A stretch of 62,736 nt of DNA, counting the filler, from Chlamydiales bacterium (lineage in GTDB: Bacteria > Chlamydiota > Chlamydiia > Chlamydiales > JACRBE01): NCBI GenBank assembly GCA_016213235.1. It is 6 parts of 6 records of this genome, joined end to end, with 100 filler letters (N's around TTAATTAATTAA, not from the genome) between each part and the next. Parts side by side here need not be neighbours in the genome. Positions count along the whole stretch, not along the records: positions 14,719 to 29,058 come from JACRBE010000038.1; positions 29,159 to 42,556 come from JACRBE010000041.1; 4 more parts are not named here. One strand, 5' to 3'. The notes beneath the pieces are model-generated. The model was not told the origin of the DNA, made no database searches, and saw only the letters and a program-made list of their open reading frames with translations. The translations under genes were made by a program, and so were the position numbers. Positions within the stretch are counted from its first letter, which is position 1. Each line of letters starts with the position of its first letter. Below are positions 21,336 through 32,700 of this stretch, in pieces.

Positions 21336-22196
21336 ATGGATGCAATACAGCAACAAACTTCTATTTCGCATAGATTATATGATGCACAAGCATGTATGAA
21401 TGCTATTTCGCAACTCGCTTGGAAAGTAATTGATTGTATTGAGTCTTTTTTTAAACATTATATTTGTTGTTATCCCGCAGAATTAACAAATATTGAAACG
21501 ACACAATTATCGCCCCCTTGGGAAAGAGTTGCTTCTCGACTGGCTCAAATTGGCAAGTGGATTTTCCAGCTTAAACGAGAGCATTTTTTATATGATGCAA
21601 ATGGGGTAGCTTTTTTAAACCTAGAGCGTAAAAGACAAGAGGTAAAGCCTATGTTTCAACTTGTCCAAGATGGAATTGTGCAAGCGCCTATTTTAAAAAT
21701 AAAATTAAACAAACAACAGCTGCGTGGATTTCCTCCCTCCATACGAGGTGGTTTAGAAAATAAATATATTAAATTATATTTAACAGTGTATGCGGGATCA
21801 AGTAGCCACTATAGAAAAAGACTCATGTTAAGTATTAATAATAAACAAGGGCTGCATACAGGGTGTTTTGAAGCTGTAAACATCACACCTACAAGGAATA
21901 ATGGAATGCGCATGGAATCTTATGCTCTATGGCATTCTTCTCAAACAGTCGAGACATTTAACGTCGATGAAAAAGAATCGGTTAGTTATGGCATGATGAG
22001 TTGGTTCAATCAAACTCATGGAGGGGCTGAAATAACTATTTTTTTGAATAATCCTGATACTGAGGAAGCTCGGGTTTTAAATGAATCTACTCATATTCAT
22101 GATATGATTGATGGATTGAAAGATATAGAACTAGGGAAGTTATTAAAAAAAATATTTATTGAATTTGCTTATCAAGGAAAAATTTCTTTATCTTAA
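21336..22196 (+). CDS. Hypothetical protein
   Basis: ORF with GAGG RBS before ATG 21336; no motif recognised. Confidence 0.7.
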   Translation: MDAIQQQTSISHRLYDAQACMNAISQLAWKVIDCIESFFKHYICCYPAELTNIETTQLSPPWERVASRLAQIGKWIFQLKREHFLYDANGVAFLNLERKRQEVKPMFQLVQDGIVQAPILKIKLNKQQLRGFPPSIRGGLENKYIKLYLTVYAGSSSHYRKRLMLSINNKQGLHTGCFEAVNITPTRNNGMRMESYALWHSSQTVETFNVDEKESVSYGMMSWFNQTHGGAEITIFLNNPDTEEARVLNESTHIHDMIDGLKDIELGKLLKKIFIEFAYQGKISLS

Positions 22197-22299
22197 CTTA
22201 TTGTTCTTTATCTTCATCCTAAAAAACATCGGTTTTTTTTATTATTAATTTTGCTTTTTTTTAATTATAATAGTAAATTATCCGCATAAAAAGGAAAGA

Positions 22300-23037
22300 A
22301 TGATGATTATGCCAGCGATTCAAAATGTTTCTTTAAATTGTCAAAATTATTTGAGCAATTATGCATTAAACCCATGTGCGAACGAGCTCACCTGCACTAG
22401 CAAACTAGCGGCTCTTGCCATTACTTTTTTTGCGACCCTTTTTACAGGAGGTTTATTTGTTTTGGGGATTGCTGCATATCAATGGTGTTGTATTACTGAC
22501 ACGGCAAATCCAGCTGGTATAGATAATGATTCGGTCTCTGATGATATGCCAGTAGCACCAATGCCTCTTACCCCTGATCAATCTAACCAGTTACGCAGTG
22601 CAGCAAGAGCAGGAGATATCAAAACTATTCGAGAGTTCTTAAAAGATGCTACTATGTCAGAGTCTGATCGGGGATGGGGAGTTCACGCAGCAGCTGGACA
22701 TGGACATCTTGACATTGTACAAGAGTTCTTAGCAAATGGAGCTTCTATTGACGGTTATCGGGGAAATGCAGTTATGGCAGCAGCCAGAGAGGGACATTTT
22801 GACATCGTACGAGAGCTCTTAGCAAATGGAGCTACTATTTCAGAAGCTAGTCGGGGAAATGCAGTTCAAGTAGCAGCCGCAACTGGACGTCTTGACATCG
22901 TACAAGAGCTCTTAGCAAATGGAGCTACTATTTCAAAAGGTAGTCGGGGAGATGCAGTTCAAGTAGCAAACGAAAATGGACATCCTGAAATCGCAACTTA
23001 CCTTGCACAGGGAACTGAAAGTGAACAAATAACTTGA
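22300..23037 (+). CDS. Ankyrin-repeat protein with N-terminal hydrophobic segment
   Basis: Repeated AAxxGHxDIVxELLANGA units; LAALAITFFATLFTGGLFVLGIAAY. Confidence 0.88.
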   Translation: MMIMPAIQNVSLNCQNYLSNYALNPCANELTCTSKLAALAITFFATLFTGGLFVLGIAAYQWCCITDTANPAGIDNDSVSDDMPVAPMPLTPDQSNQLRSAARAGDIKTIREFLKDATMSESDRGWGVHAAAGHGHLDIVQEFLANGASIDGYRGNAVMAAAREGHFDIVRELLANGATISEASRGNAVQVAAATGRLDIVQELLANGATISKGSRGDAVQVANENGHPEIATYLAQGTESEQIT

Positions 23038-23092
23038 TAAAACTTCATTGCAAATAGTATAAATTTTTGTTCAAATTTTGGAGGGAAAAAAG

Positions 23093-23182
23093 ATAAGCAA
23101 GAATCTTCTAGATATCTACTCAGACTCTTTGATTGCTCAAAACCATCATGCTGATGCCACATGCCTTTCAGATCTAGATGAT
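23093..23182 (+). pseudogene. Transposase N-terminal remnant (IS701/IS4-like)
   Basis: LLDIYSDSLIAQNHHADATCLSDL resembles recalled LLDxYSDYLIxQNxYATATGLS transposase starts; GGAGG RBS followed by ATA instead of ATG. Confidence 0.5.
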
Positions 23183-23505
23183 AGAAAAAAAGATCAGTAC
23201 CAAAATCTAAGATCACTAAATCTCAAGGATATCTTATTACTAGAAATCAGCCGCGACCCTCCAGGGAGCCTCTCTTTCTTTTTAGAAGGGGTAAAGTCTT
23301 ATCTTTCTAGAGCTTGTTAAGAAATGCTTTTAAAGACCTGTAGAGTTTCTCCTGATACATTTCTCCAAAGCATTTTAGATTTATTTGTTTTACTAACTCT
23401 AAGGGGTCAATATCTACCAGTATAGTTCCGTTTATCTTCATCCTAATATTTGACTTTGATGTTTGCCTAAAGTAAAATCGATGCTTATAATTTAGGAAAA
23501 AAAGA

Positions 23506-24945
23506 ATGTCTACACAAGAAATTATTGAAGAGAGACAAGATTATAAATATGGTTTTACGACTACTATAGAAGTAGAAAAGTTTGCTAAAGGCTTAAATGA
23601 AGAAGTGATTAGAAATATTTCTAAGAAAAAGGAGGAGCCATCTTTTTTATTAGAATTTCGATTAAGAGCTTTTGCAAAATGGCTAGAAATGAAGGAACCC
23701 TCCTGGGCAAATATAGAGTATCCTCCCATTGACTTTCAACAAATTAGTTATTATGCCGCTCCAAAGCAAAAACAGTCTATAGAGAGCTTAGATGAGGTAG
23801 ATCCGGAAATACTAAGGACTCTAGAAAAGCTTGGTGTTCCTGTTGATGAGCAAAAGCGGCTTATGAATGTTGCTGTAGATGTAGTATTTGATTCAGTATC
23901 ACTTGGCACTACATTTAGAAAAACATTAGAAGAAGCAGGCGTTGTTTTATGCTCTATTAGTGAAGCGGTTAAGAAGTATCCTACGTTAATTGAAACATAT
24001 TTAGGGACGATTGTTCCTCCCTCTGACAATTTTTATGCAGCACTAAATTCTGCAGTCTTTTCGGATGGATCGTTTGTTTATATTCCAAAAGGAGTACGTT
24101 GCCCAATAGAATTATCCACTTATTTTAGGATCAATGAAAAAGAGACAGGACAATTTGAGAGAACGCTGATTATTGCAGAAGAAGACTCTTATGTGAGTTA
24201 TTTAGAAGGGTGTACTGCTCCTGCATATGATACCAATCAACTACATGCAGCTGTAGTGGAACTAATTGCACTAGACAATGCGCAGATCAAATATTCTACG
24301 GTACAAAATTGGTATGCAGGTGATCCAAAAACAGGTAAAGGTGGTATTTATAACTTTGTGACAAAACGGGGCAAGTGCCAGGGGAAGCATTCAAAGATTT
24401 CCTGGACACAGGTAGAGGCTGGTGCTGCAATTACTTGGAAATACCCGAGCTGTATCCTTTTAGGAGATTATTCTGTTGGGGAGTTTTACTCTGTAGCACT
24501 GACTAATGGTAAGATGCAGGCAGATACCGGAACAAAAATGATCCATATTGGAGAACATACGAAGTCAACGATTATATCGAAGGGAATTTCTGCAGACAAA
24601 TCACATAATACTTATAGGGGAAAAGTGTTTATTTCTCCTAAAGCCTCTCATGCAAGGAATTATACTCAATGTGATTCGATGCTCGTTGGTTGTGAGTGCT
24701 CGGCAAATACATTCCCTTATATAGAAGTGTATAATCCCTCTGCACAATTAGAGCATGAGGCCTCTACTTCAAAAATGAATGAGGAACAACTTTTTTATTT
24801 GGAATCAAGAGGGTTATCAAAAGAAGATGCGATTAATATGGTAGTCAATGGCTTTTGTAAAGAGGTCTTTGATGAGCTGCCACTTGAATTTGCAGCGGAG
24901 GCAAAAAAATTATTAACTCTTAAACTAGAAAATTCTGTGGGATAA
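23506..24945 (+). CDS. sufB: Fe-S cluster assembly protein SufB
   Basis: [33 protein letters not shown]. Confidence 0.97.
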   Translation: MSTQEIIEERQDYKYGFTTTIEVEKFAKGLNEEVIRNISKKKEEPSFLLEFRLRAFAKWLEMKEPSWANIEYPPIDFQQISYYAAPKQKQSIESLDEVDPEILRTLEKLGVPVDEQKRLMNVAVDVVFDSVSLGTTFRKTLEEAGVVLCSISEAVKKYPTLIETYLGTIVPPSDNFYAALNSAVFSDGSFVYIPKGVRCPIELSTYFRINEKETGQFERTLIIAEEDSYVSYLEGCTAPAYDTNQLHAAVVELIALDNAQIKYSTVQNWYAGDPKTGKGGIYNFVTKRGKCQGKHSKISWTQVEAGAAITWKYPSCILLGDYSVGEFYSVALTNGKMQADTGTKMIHIGEHTKSTIISKGISADKSHNTYRGKVFISPKASHARNYTQCDSMLVGCECSANTFPYIEVYNPSAQLEHEASTSKMNEEQLFYLESRGLSKEDAINMVVNGFCKEVFDELPLEFAAEAKKLLTLKLENSVG

Positions 24946-24948
24946 GCA

Positions 24949-25710
24949 ATGATGTTAGAAATTAAAAATTTAAAAGCAAGTATTGATGGAAAGATTATAT
25001 TGAAAAATTTTTCCATTACAATCAGAGCAGGGGAAATACATGCTATCATGGGTCCCAATGGCGCAGGAAAATCTACTCTTGCAAAAGTAATTGCCGGGCA
25101 TTCCGCATATGAAGTGAATGGGGGGGAGATCTTATTTAATGGAGAGTCTGTACTTGATAAGCAGGTGGCAGAAAGAGCTCACTTGGGAATGTTTATGAGC
25201 TTTCAGTATCCATTAGAAGTTCATGGCATTAGTAATTTTCTGTTTTTATTTAGCATTTATAATGCCAAAAGAAAAGCGTTAAAAGAAAAGGAAATAACCA
25301 AAGAAGAGTTTGAATTGCAACTGCTTGCAGTTTTAGATCGATTTCAAATTAATCCAAAGTTTTTATCTCGAGATTTAAACAGTGGATTTTCTGGAGGAGA
25401 GAAAAAACGTAATGAAATTTTACAAATGGCAGTACTAGACCCCTCTTTTGCGATTTTAGATGAAACGGATTCAGGACTTGATATTGATGCTTTAAAAGCA
25501 GTAGCACAGGGTATCAATACCTTTATGCACCCAGATAAAGCGATAGTATTGATTACCCACTATCAACGTTTATTAGATTATATAAAACCAGATTTTGTAC
25601 ATGTAATGAAAGATGGTGAGATTATTTTATCCGGAGGAAAAGAGCTGGCTCTTGAACTGGAAAATAAGGGATATGACTGGATTGCGCCAAAAGAAGAGGT
25701 GCTATGTTAG
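24949..25710 (+). CDS. sufC: Fe-S assembly ATPase SufC
   Basis: GPNGAGKST, FSGGEKKRNEILQ, LDETDSGLDID. Confidence 0.97.
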   Translation: MMLEIKNLKASIDGKIILKNFSITIRAGEIHAIMGPNGAGKSTLAKVIAGHSAYEVNGGEILFNGESVLDKQVAERAHLGMFMSFQYPLEVHGISNFLFLFSIYNAKRKALKEKEITKEEFELQLLAVLDRFQINPKFLSRDLNSGFSGGEKKRNEILQMAVLDPSFAILDETDSGLDIDALKAVAQGINTFMHPDKAIVLITHYQRLLDYIKPDFVHVMKDGEIILSGGKELALELENKGYDWIAPKEEVLC

Positions 25711-26969
25711 CAGCTTTATTACAAGAGCAATATATCCGAAGGGAAAAAGATAAAAGTAATTATTCCTTTGCTCATAAAAAGACAGCATGGGAGCGCTTTT
25801 GTAATGAACTATCTCTTCCAACAAAAAAAACGGATGGTTTTGAATATCTACCACTAGAGCAATTGTTTCAATCCACTTTTTTACATCACACATCCGTTGG
25901 ATGTATAGACGAAGAGATGTTAGATCAAGTCATTTATCCAGAGTGTGCAAATTCCTATATTGTAGTATTTAATGGTAAGCTGTGTTTAGAGCTCTCTTCT
26001 ATACCTTCCGATATGCCAATTACGATAAGTCCGTTATCAGAAGCAGGGCAATTATATAGCAATTATTTAAAAGGAAGATGGCTGCAACAATCATTGGAGA
26101 AAGAAAATGTTTTTGCTCTATTGAATTTAGCTTTATTTGAAGATGGGATGTTTTTGCATATTCCTAAAAATCTATCGCTTAAAACACCTTTGCAAATGAT
26201 AAATATTGTGTCAGGTGGCTGTGTAATTCATCCAAAACTACATGTTTATGTGGGGAAAGATGCATCTTGTTCTTTAGCAACAACAACCCTATTTTTATCA
26301 GATAAACCGGCGCTTGTAAATGAAGATATCGATATTGTAATGGAAGAGGGATCTTCTTTATCTTTAATTGATGGATTATGGGAAGCAAAACAGCATTTTT
26401 ATTTTTCTTCTGTGCATGCCACATTAAAGCAGGATGCAAACTTGCAGCAAGTCTTACTAACAAGTGGTAGTTATATTCATCGAAAAGCATATGACATTGC
26501 TTTAAAAGGCGAGGGTGCTAATTGTTCATTAAAGGGACTTTCCTGTTTGCATAGGGGGCAGGCGCATGTTCATACAGTAATGAAGCATCAGGCGCCTCGT
26601 ACGATATCTAATCAGCACTTCAAATCGATGATATATGATAAATCCCGTAGTAGCTTTGATGGTAAAATTTATGTGGAAAAAAGTGCTTTATGGACGGAGG
26701 CTTATCAATTAAATAATAATTTGCTTTTATCAGACCATGCAGTAGCGTTTAGCAAGCCTAATTTAGAGATATTTGCAGATGATGTAAAAGCATCGCATGG
26801 TTGTACTACCTCGCAACTAAATGAAGAGGAGATGTTTTATCTTTTATCTAGAGGATTAGAAAAAGATGAGGCTATGGCTTTATTAACAGAGGCGTTTGCC
26901 AAGGAAATTATTGAAGAAATCCCTTTTATAGGAATACAAGATGCCGCAAAAGATGCCTTTAGTATCTAA
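25704..26969 (+). CDS. sufD: Fe-S assembly protein SufD
   Basis: KPNLEIFADDVKASHG, FYLLSRGL; operon position. Confidence 0.93.
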   Translation: MLAALLQEQYIRREKDKSNYSFAHKKTAWERFCNELSLPTKKTDGFEYLPLEQLFQSTFLHHTSVGCIDEEMLDQVIYPECANSYIVVFNGKLCLELSSIPSDMPITISPLSEAGQLYSNYLKGRWLQQSLEKENVFALLNLALFEDGMFLHIPKNLSLKTPLQMINIVSGGCVIHPKLHVYVGKDASCSLATTTLFLSDKPALVNEDIDIVMEEGSSLSLIDGLWEAKQHFYFSSVHATLKQDANLQQVLLTSGSYIHRKAYDIALKGEGANCSLKGLSCLHRGQAHVHTVMKHQAPRTISNQHFKSMIYDKSRSSFDGKIYVEKSALWTEAYQLNNNLLLSDHAVAFSKPNLEIFADDVKASHGCTTSQLNEEEMFYLLSRGLEKDEAMALLTEAFAKEIIEEIPFIGIQDAAKDAFSI

Positions 26970-28170
26970 TGTTTTAGATGATTTCCCTATGCTGCAACAA
27001 AAGGTTCATGGACATCGTTTTGTTTATTTGGATTCATCTGCTACGGCATTAAAACCAGTTGTAGTGATTGATGCTATGCATCAATTCTATTTAAAAGAGT
27101 ATGCAACGGTTAATCGTGGTATTTACAAAACAACGAGAGCTGCAACAGGGAAGTATAACCAGGTAAGATCGCTTGCTCGGGATTTTATAGGAGCCGCAAA
27201 AGAAGAAGAGATTATTTTTACCAAGGGGACAACACAGAGTCTGAATTTATTGGCGCGCAGCTTTGGAGAGGCATTTATATCTCCAAATGATGAAGTATTA
27301 ATTTCTTGGGCAGAGCATCATGCAAATATTGTTCCTTGGCAACAACTATGTAATCGGCAGGGAGCCATATTAAAAGTTATTCCCATTTTGTCAGATGGAT
27401 CGATTGATCTAAATGCTTATAAGGCTCTCTTAACAAAAAATACAAAATTGGTATCTATTGCCCATATTTCCAATGTACTGGGAAAGATCAATCCTATTCA
27501 AGAAATGATACAGCTAGCACATCAAATAGGGGCAAAGGTGTGTATTGATGGGGCGCAGGCAATATCTCGTATACCTGTCAACGTGCAAGAACTGGATGCT
27601 GATTTTTATGTTTTTTCTGCTCATAAAATGTATGGTCCCACAGGAATTGGTGTATTATATGGTAAGTATGATTTATTAAATGCGATGCCTCCATATGAAA
27701 CGGGAGGGGATATGATTGAAGAGGTGTTTTTTGATCATACAACATTTCAAGCGCCACCTTTGAGATTTGAAGCAGGAACACCTCCTATTGCAGAAGTGAT
27801 AGGGCTTGGCGCTGCTATTGATTATATCAATAGTATAGGCATGGACAATATTTCAGAGCATGAAGATAGATTGATAGCGTTTGCGCAAGAGCAATGCCAG
27901 CGTATACCTCATATGAAGGTACTGGGATCTTTTGAAAACAAAAAAGGGCTGATTACTTTTACAATACCGGGAATTCATCCTCTTGATCTAGCATCTTATC
28001 TTGATATGAAAGGTATCGCTATCCGATCGGGACACTTATGTGCACAACCAATTCTCAGACAATTTGGATTACAGCATGCAACGCGCATGTCTTTTGGTGT
28101 TTATACAACAGAGGAAGACATTGTATGTTTATTTGATGCAATCTTGCAATGTATAAAAATATTTAATTAG
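26941..28170 (+). CDS. sufS: Cysteine desulfurase SufS
   Basis: YLDSSAT, EHHANIVPW, SAHKMYGPTG, RSGHLCAQP. Confidence 0.95.
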   Translation: MPQKMPLVSNVLDDFPMLQQKVHGHRFVYLDSSATALKPVVVIDAMHQFYLKEYATVNRGIYKTTRAATGKYNQVRSLARDFIGAAKEEEIIFTKGTTQSLNLLARSFGEAFISPNDEVLISWAEHHANIVPWQQLCNRQGAILKVIPILSDGSIDLNAYKALLTKNTKLVSIAHISNVLGKINPIQEMIQLAHQIGAKVCIDGAQAISRIPVNVQELDADFYVFSAHKMYGPTGIGVLYGKYDLLNAMPPYETGGDMIEEVFFDHTTFQAPPLRFEAGTPPIAEVIGLGAAIDYINSIGMDNISEHEDRLIAFAQEQCQRIPHMKVLGSFENKKGLITFTIPGIHPLDLASYLDMKGIAIRSGHLCAQPILRQFGLQHATRMSFGVYTTEEDIVCLFDAILQCIKIFN

Positions 28171-28906
28171 TAGTTGTCAATTTAAGAAATTGGAAGGCTG
28201 GTGCTTGTTGCCAAAGCTCACTTGCTTTGGCATATGCAGCATATCTGGGATCCTTATCCGTCCCCAAATTATAAATAGTCCTGAATAATCGTTCTTTTTT
28301 GTTTAGAGCTTTACCTGAATAGCCCCGCATTTGTTTTGCGGGTAAACGGAAATGATGCAAATGAAGAAAATCCATGATTGCTTGTTGTGTGTCAATTTCC
28401 CATAAATTTTCATATTTTATTGCAAGTATTTGAGCCTCTTCCAGCGAAGTCTGTTCAGTAGAGGCCTGTAACCATTGATTTAATTGTTCATAAATACCAT
28501 ATGCATCATATGACAGAACATTATCCTGAGTTGTTTGGTTAGAGGTTCTTCCGATCTTTTTAAGCCAACTTAAATCAGAAGAACCCATGTGTAACAAATG
28601 AGAACGCCCAAAGGAACTATTTCTTATTGAAAGATGTAAGATGGATTCTGCAGTTTTATCAGGGTTTGAAAAAATAAAGATAATTTTTCCTGTGAATGCT
28701 GCGTTTGGGGGCAGTATATGCGTTTTTAATAACTTATAGGCCTTTGTTTGTTCATCAATAGCATAGCAGAGCAACGTGCTCCCTGCTCGCCCACTACTTG
28801 CTATCATGAGAACTTGTGATTGATTATAATAAGAGGATAGACTTTTCTGGTCTTTTATAAAATCTAATGAAAATGCTTTAGATGCAGAAATAAATAAAAC
28901 TGTCTT
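28163..28906 (-). CDS. Sulfotransferase-like P-loop protein, N-terminus probably disrupted
   Basis: SSGRAGSTLL and IKYENL resemble sulfotransferase signatures; frame stays open upstream of Met 28807 into a signal-peptide-like tail. Confidence 0.5.
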   Translation of the reverse strand, partial: KTVLFISASKAFSLDFIKDQKSLSSYYNQSQVLMIASSGRAGSTLLCYAIDEQTKAYKLLKTHILPPNAAFTGKIIFIFSNPDKTAESILHLSIRNSSFGRSHLLHMGSSDLSWLKKIGRTSNQTTQDNVLSYDAYGIYEQLNQWLQASTEQTSLEEAQILAIKYENLWEIDTQQAIMDFLHLHHFRLPAKQMRGYSGKALNKKERLFRTIYNLGTDKDPRYAAYAKASELWQQAPAFQFLKLTTTN

Positions 28907-29058
28907 GGGGACAGTCCAGAATTCAGCGTGACATTGTGTGCTATTTTATGCCTTTTTCAACAGGAGGTCATGTTATACGCTGTTGGTCGCCTCCTGCCAT
29001 TTTATCTTTTCTCCTTCGCAACTAAATATTCTTTCTGTTCTTCAAGAAGTGTGAGTTG
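28907..29058 (-). mobile_element. Probable IS end (IS256-like) at contig end
   Basis: GGGGACAGTCCAGAATT terminus; minus-strand ORF tail QLTLLEEQKEYLVAKEKR*; contig breaks here. Confidence 0.4.
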
Positions 29059-29158
29059 NNNNNNNNNNNNNNNNNNNNNNNNNNNNNNNNNNNNNNNNNN
29101 NNTTAATTAATTAANNNNNNNNNNNNNNNNNNNNNNNNNNNNNNNNNNNNNNNNNNNN
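29059..29158. other. Artificial contig linker
   Basis: N-run with TTAATTAATTAA. Confidence 0.99.
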
Positions 29159-29231
29159 AAATGCCTAGATGGTTGCAGGCATTTTTGCTTCTTTCTTTTT
29201 CTTAAAATATAGTTAGACTTTTCTTTTTTTT

Positions 29232-29771
29232 GTGGTATATAGACATAAAAGGGAAAGCAGAATGTTTATAAGCAGAATCGGCCATGGGCGAGAAGACGAT
29301 AGGGCCCAGTTTCTTGAAAGCATTGGACAGCGATTTGATCCAAAGATAGCTGAATGCTTAGGTAAGCTATTTTCAAAAGACCAATTTACAATTCAGATTG
29401 ATCCAGAAAATACAAGCCATTTTTTTATTGATACGAAAAGTGAGGAGATTGTAGAGCAGCATATAAAATATAAGATATTGCTTATTTCGATAAAAGCAGG
29501 ACTTGTCTTTCCAACAAGATTAGAAGGTTTTGTGGAAGATGGTATGAATCCAGACGGTTCTTCCTATCATAGGTTGTTATTTCCTAATAAAGGGAGACGA
29601 GTCCATTATGATGCATTAACCTTTCATGATGATATAGAATGGATAAAGTATAGTCCTGCGACGAACCAACTGGAACTGAGTGGGGTCAAGTGGACAACTA
29701 ATACAACTATTCAAGACTTTGTGACTAAGCTAACAATTACTCGCGATAGCAACAAAGGATCTGCCAGCTAA
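29232..29771 (+). CDS. Hypothetical protein
   Basis: 179-aa ORF; true start may be the internal Met (MFISR). Confidence 0.6.
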   Translation: MVYRHKRESRMFISRIGHGREDDRAQFLESIGQRFDPKIAECLGKLFSKDQFTIQIDPENTSHFFIDTKSEEIVEQHIKYKILLISIKAGLVFPTRLEGFVEDGMNPDGSSYHRLLFPNKGRRVHYDALTFHDDIEWIKYSPATNQLELSGVKWTTNTTIQDFVTKLTITRDSNKGSAS

Positions 29772-32700
29772 TGCATATTTGGATAAATCACGGCATGTCT
29801 AAGGAGCAGGGGAAGAGCCTGTGGTAGAGTGTCAAAGAGTTGGAATACGATCTTTTTGAAAAATTCATGCAATTTTAGCTTTGGACGTTCTAGAAATGGA
29901 TGGCTGTTTAGCTGTAAAAAGAGATCTGATTCAGGAGCGATTATTTTAATAGATTCGAACTCTTCTTGAAAGCTCGTAAGACTTGCTATTAGTGCTGTTG
30001 TTTCTTCTGGAATATTAACATCTGTTGCAAGGATGCTTCTTAGCTCGTTTAATTGCATAAAAACAGAGCCTGGGTTGTCATGGTCAAAGATAACTTGTAG
30101 TGTCGTTGTACTTTTATCTATATTGCGTTTAAAAGAGTCTTCCAGTTCCTGTATTTTGGTGTCAAATATTTTTAAGCAATTATCTAATGCAGTGATGGAG
30201 CTGCATTTAACAATATCGGGTAAAACACCTACTGACTTGTGTAGTGTTCTCTCAAAATAAAAAGGAGTTAATTCATCAGGAGGAAGAAAAGCTGTTAAGA
30301 TATGATGAAAATCGCCCATTAGAGAAGCATCGTCTACGCTGGAAATAGAGCAAATACCCCCACCATCGCCCATAGTAGTAATTTTTGATTGCATCTTATC
30401 TCTTAAAAACTGGAGAAATGTTTGAGTAGAGCGTTTGTATGATGAAGAGACATTAGTTATTGCATGTTGCATCACAGGTCGCAGGCGGTGATAAGGGGTA
30501 GATAGAACCTCTTTTAACGAACATATTTTCGTGTAGTTTGTTAAATGTTCCATCGATTCATTAATAATGGCAAGCTGATCTTGAAGCTTATTGGAAAAAA
30601 CTTTCAATTCATTTGGCAAATAATCTAATGACAAAATTTCTTTATTCAAGTCATAGATTTTTTGATAAGAGGCACTAAGAGAGGCCAAATCATCATCTGG
30701 ATCTTCTTCTCTTTCTATGACAGTCTCGACTTGTTGAAATAATAATTGGAAAGAGGCTAATTCCCCCTCCAAATCATCTAAATAGCTAGTCCATCTATCT
30801 TGTAAATCAGTAATTAAAACTGCATTTTGTAATTTTACAATAGTTGTAGTAATGTCGGTTACTTTAAGTACAATGGTATCTCTCGCTACTTGAAGATGAT
30901 CAGGTAGATCTGTTTCAAAAGCTGAGGTGAGTTGTTGTGATAGTGTTTGTATACGATCTAGTACAATCAAACAACCATCCCTCATGGTATTCATCGTTTC
31001 CTGGAGATTATCGCCAGACTCTAGAGATTGCCTCCACTTAGCCAAATATCCTTCAGCGATGCTATCTTCGGAGGTATCGTCCGTTTCATCTAAGGAAAGA
31101 CTTGCAGTATCACCACTTGCACTAATCAACACAGTTTCCACATCATCGAAATATTTTTTTACAAAAGAGGCTTTTTCTTTTCCAAAAGATAAAAAGAATT
31201 TTCTTACACCAAGTTTTACTGCAATTAATAAAAGATTGTCGAGCATCGTTTCCATATCTTGGTCTAATTTTTCATGAGCATCCTTTTCAACATCTGTAAT
31301 TGGTTCACCTTGGTGTTCAAGTCCGGCGGATAATTTAATAATGCCATCGTGTAGTAAATTCTCATTGTTTTCTCGATTAAGGAATGCTTCATACACATTC
31401 AAAATCAAAAACATAACTGTTTCTGCTACTTCTGGCATTACCAGATCTTTGACTTGATCGGAAAATTGTTTTAATAAACCAGTATCCTCAAAGATTTTCT
31501 TCAGTTCATGAGGGGTAGATTTGGATCTAGCTTCGAGTACTTCTAAAGCAACCATCACAAATGTTCGAATAGCTTTTTTTGTTTCTTTATATTTAGCAAC
31601 ATTTACATCCGTATCATTACTAGAACTATCATCGAGTAGTTTTTTATAGATAATATCTAATACATCTAGAATAATTTGTTTTGATGCAGAGGTAAGAGAA
31701 GAAAATTTATTAGGACCAAAGAAAACAGATTGCACAGAATAGGTGACTTTTTGAGGTATTTCAAAATATTGTAAAGTCCATTTAATGGTAATATTTTTTG
31801 TGATATTAACGATCGCTTGAAGAGGCCATACAACAAGTGTTTTGAGTGTTACAAGGATGATACGGGGAATCATGATCAACGTCATTTTAAAGAAATAAGA
31901 GAGTTTATTGACAGATCGAGAGCCCCAAGAAACTAATACGGAAGAATAGCGATCCATTTCATCTGTCCATGCTACATTAGGAGCAAATCGATCTACCATG
32001 GCACTGGTAAAGGATTGAAACATGTCTGGTTCAGTGAGTCCACGATTATACGTTGGGTCTTGCAGCGCCTGTAGAAAATATTCGGCAAAATCCATATCTC
32101 CTTGGCTATAGGCGTAGTCTTTAATAATATTAAAGAGGCTTTGAAAAGCGCAGGAAAACTGTGTAAAAACAGTTGGATCAACATCATAGGTAGGGTGAGC
32201 CCTCATACTATTAAATGAACTGCGTAGGGAAGAGAGCGTTTTTTCTAAGAACTCTTTTGTATAGTCCATCACTGCATTAGAAAAAAGGGAGATACTCCAC
32301 TTCATTAATGTTTTTTGAATAAAACCAATATCGTCTCTAGCATCAATGGCTTGGTGCATTAAAGAAATAAATAGAGGTAAACGATCATCTGGCGTTACAT
32401 CTTCCAGCTGTTTAAGAATATAAGGTAAAGAGGCTTGTTTTTTTTCTTCATAACCTTTTTCCATACAAAGTCGATCATAAGCTTTTTGCCAAGCTCTTGT
32501 TCCCTCTTTATGTTCTATTTGAGCTCTTATCTCAAAATCTAACTCTGCTAGCGACTCTGTTTCACCAAGAATACTTTTACATAAATAATGGATAATATAA
32601 AAAGAGGTTGTTGTAGCGCACGATGCTAAAGCATCATCGGTTCTTGTTTTTAATACATTAATTGGTTGTGTTGGTTCTGGACTAGGCCCAATCACTGTAT

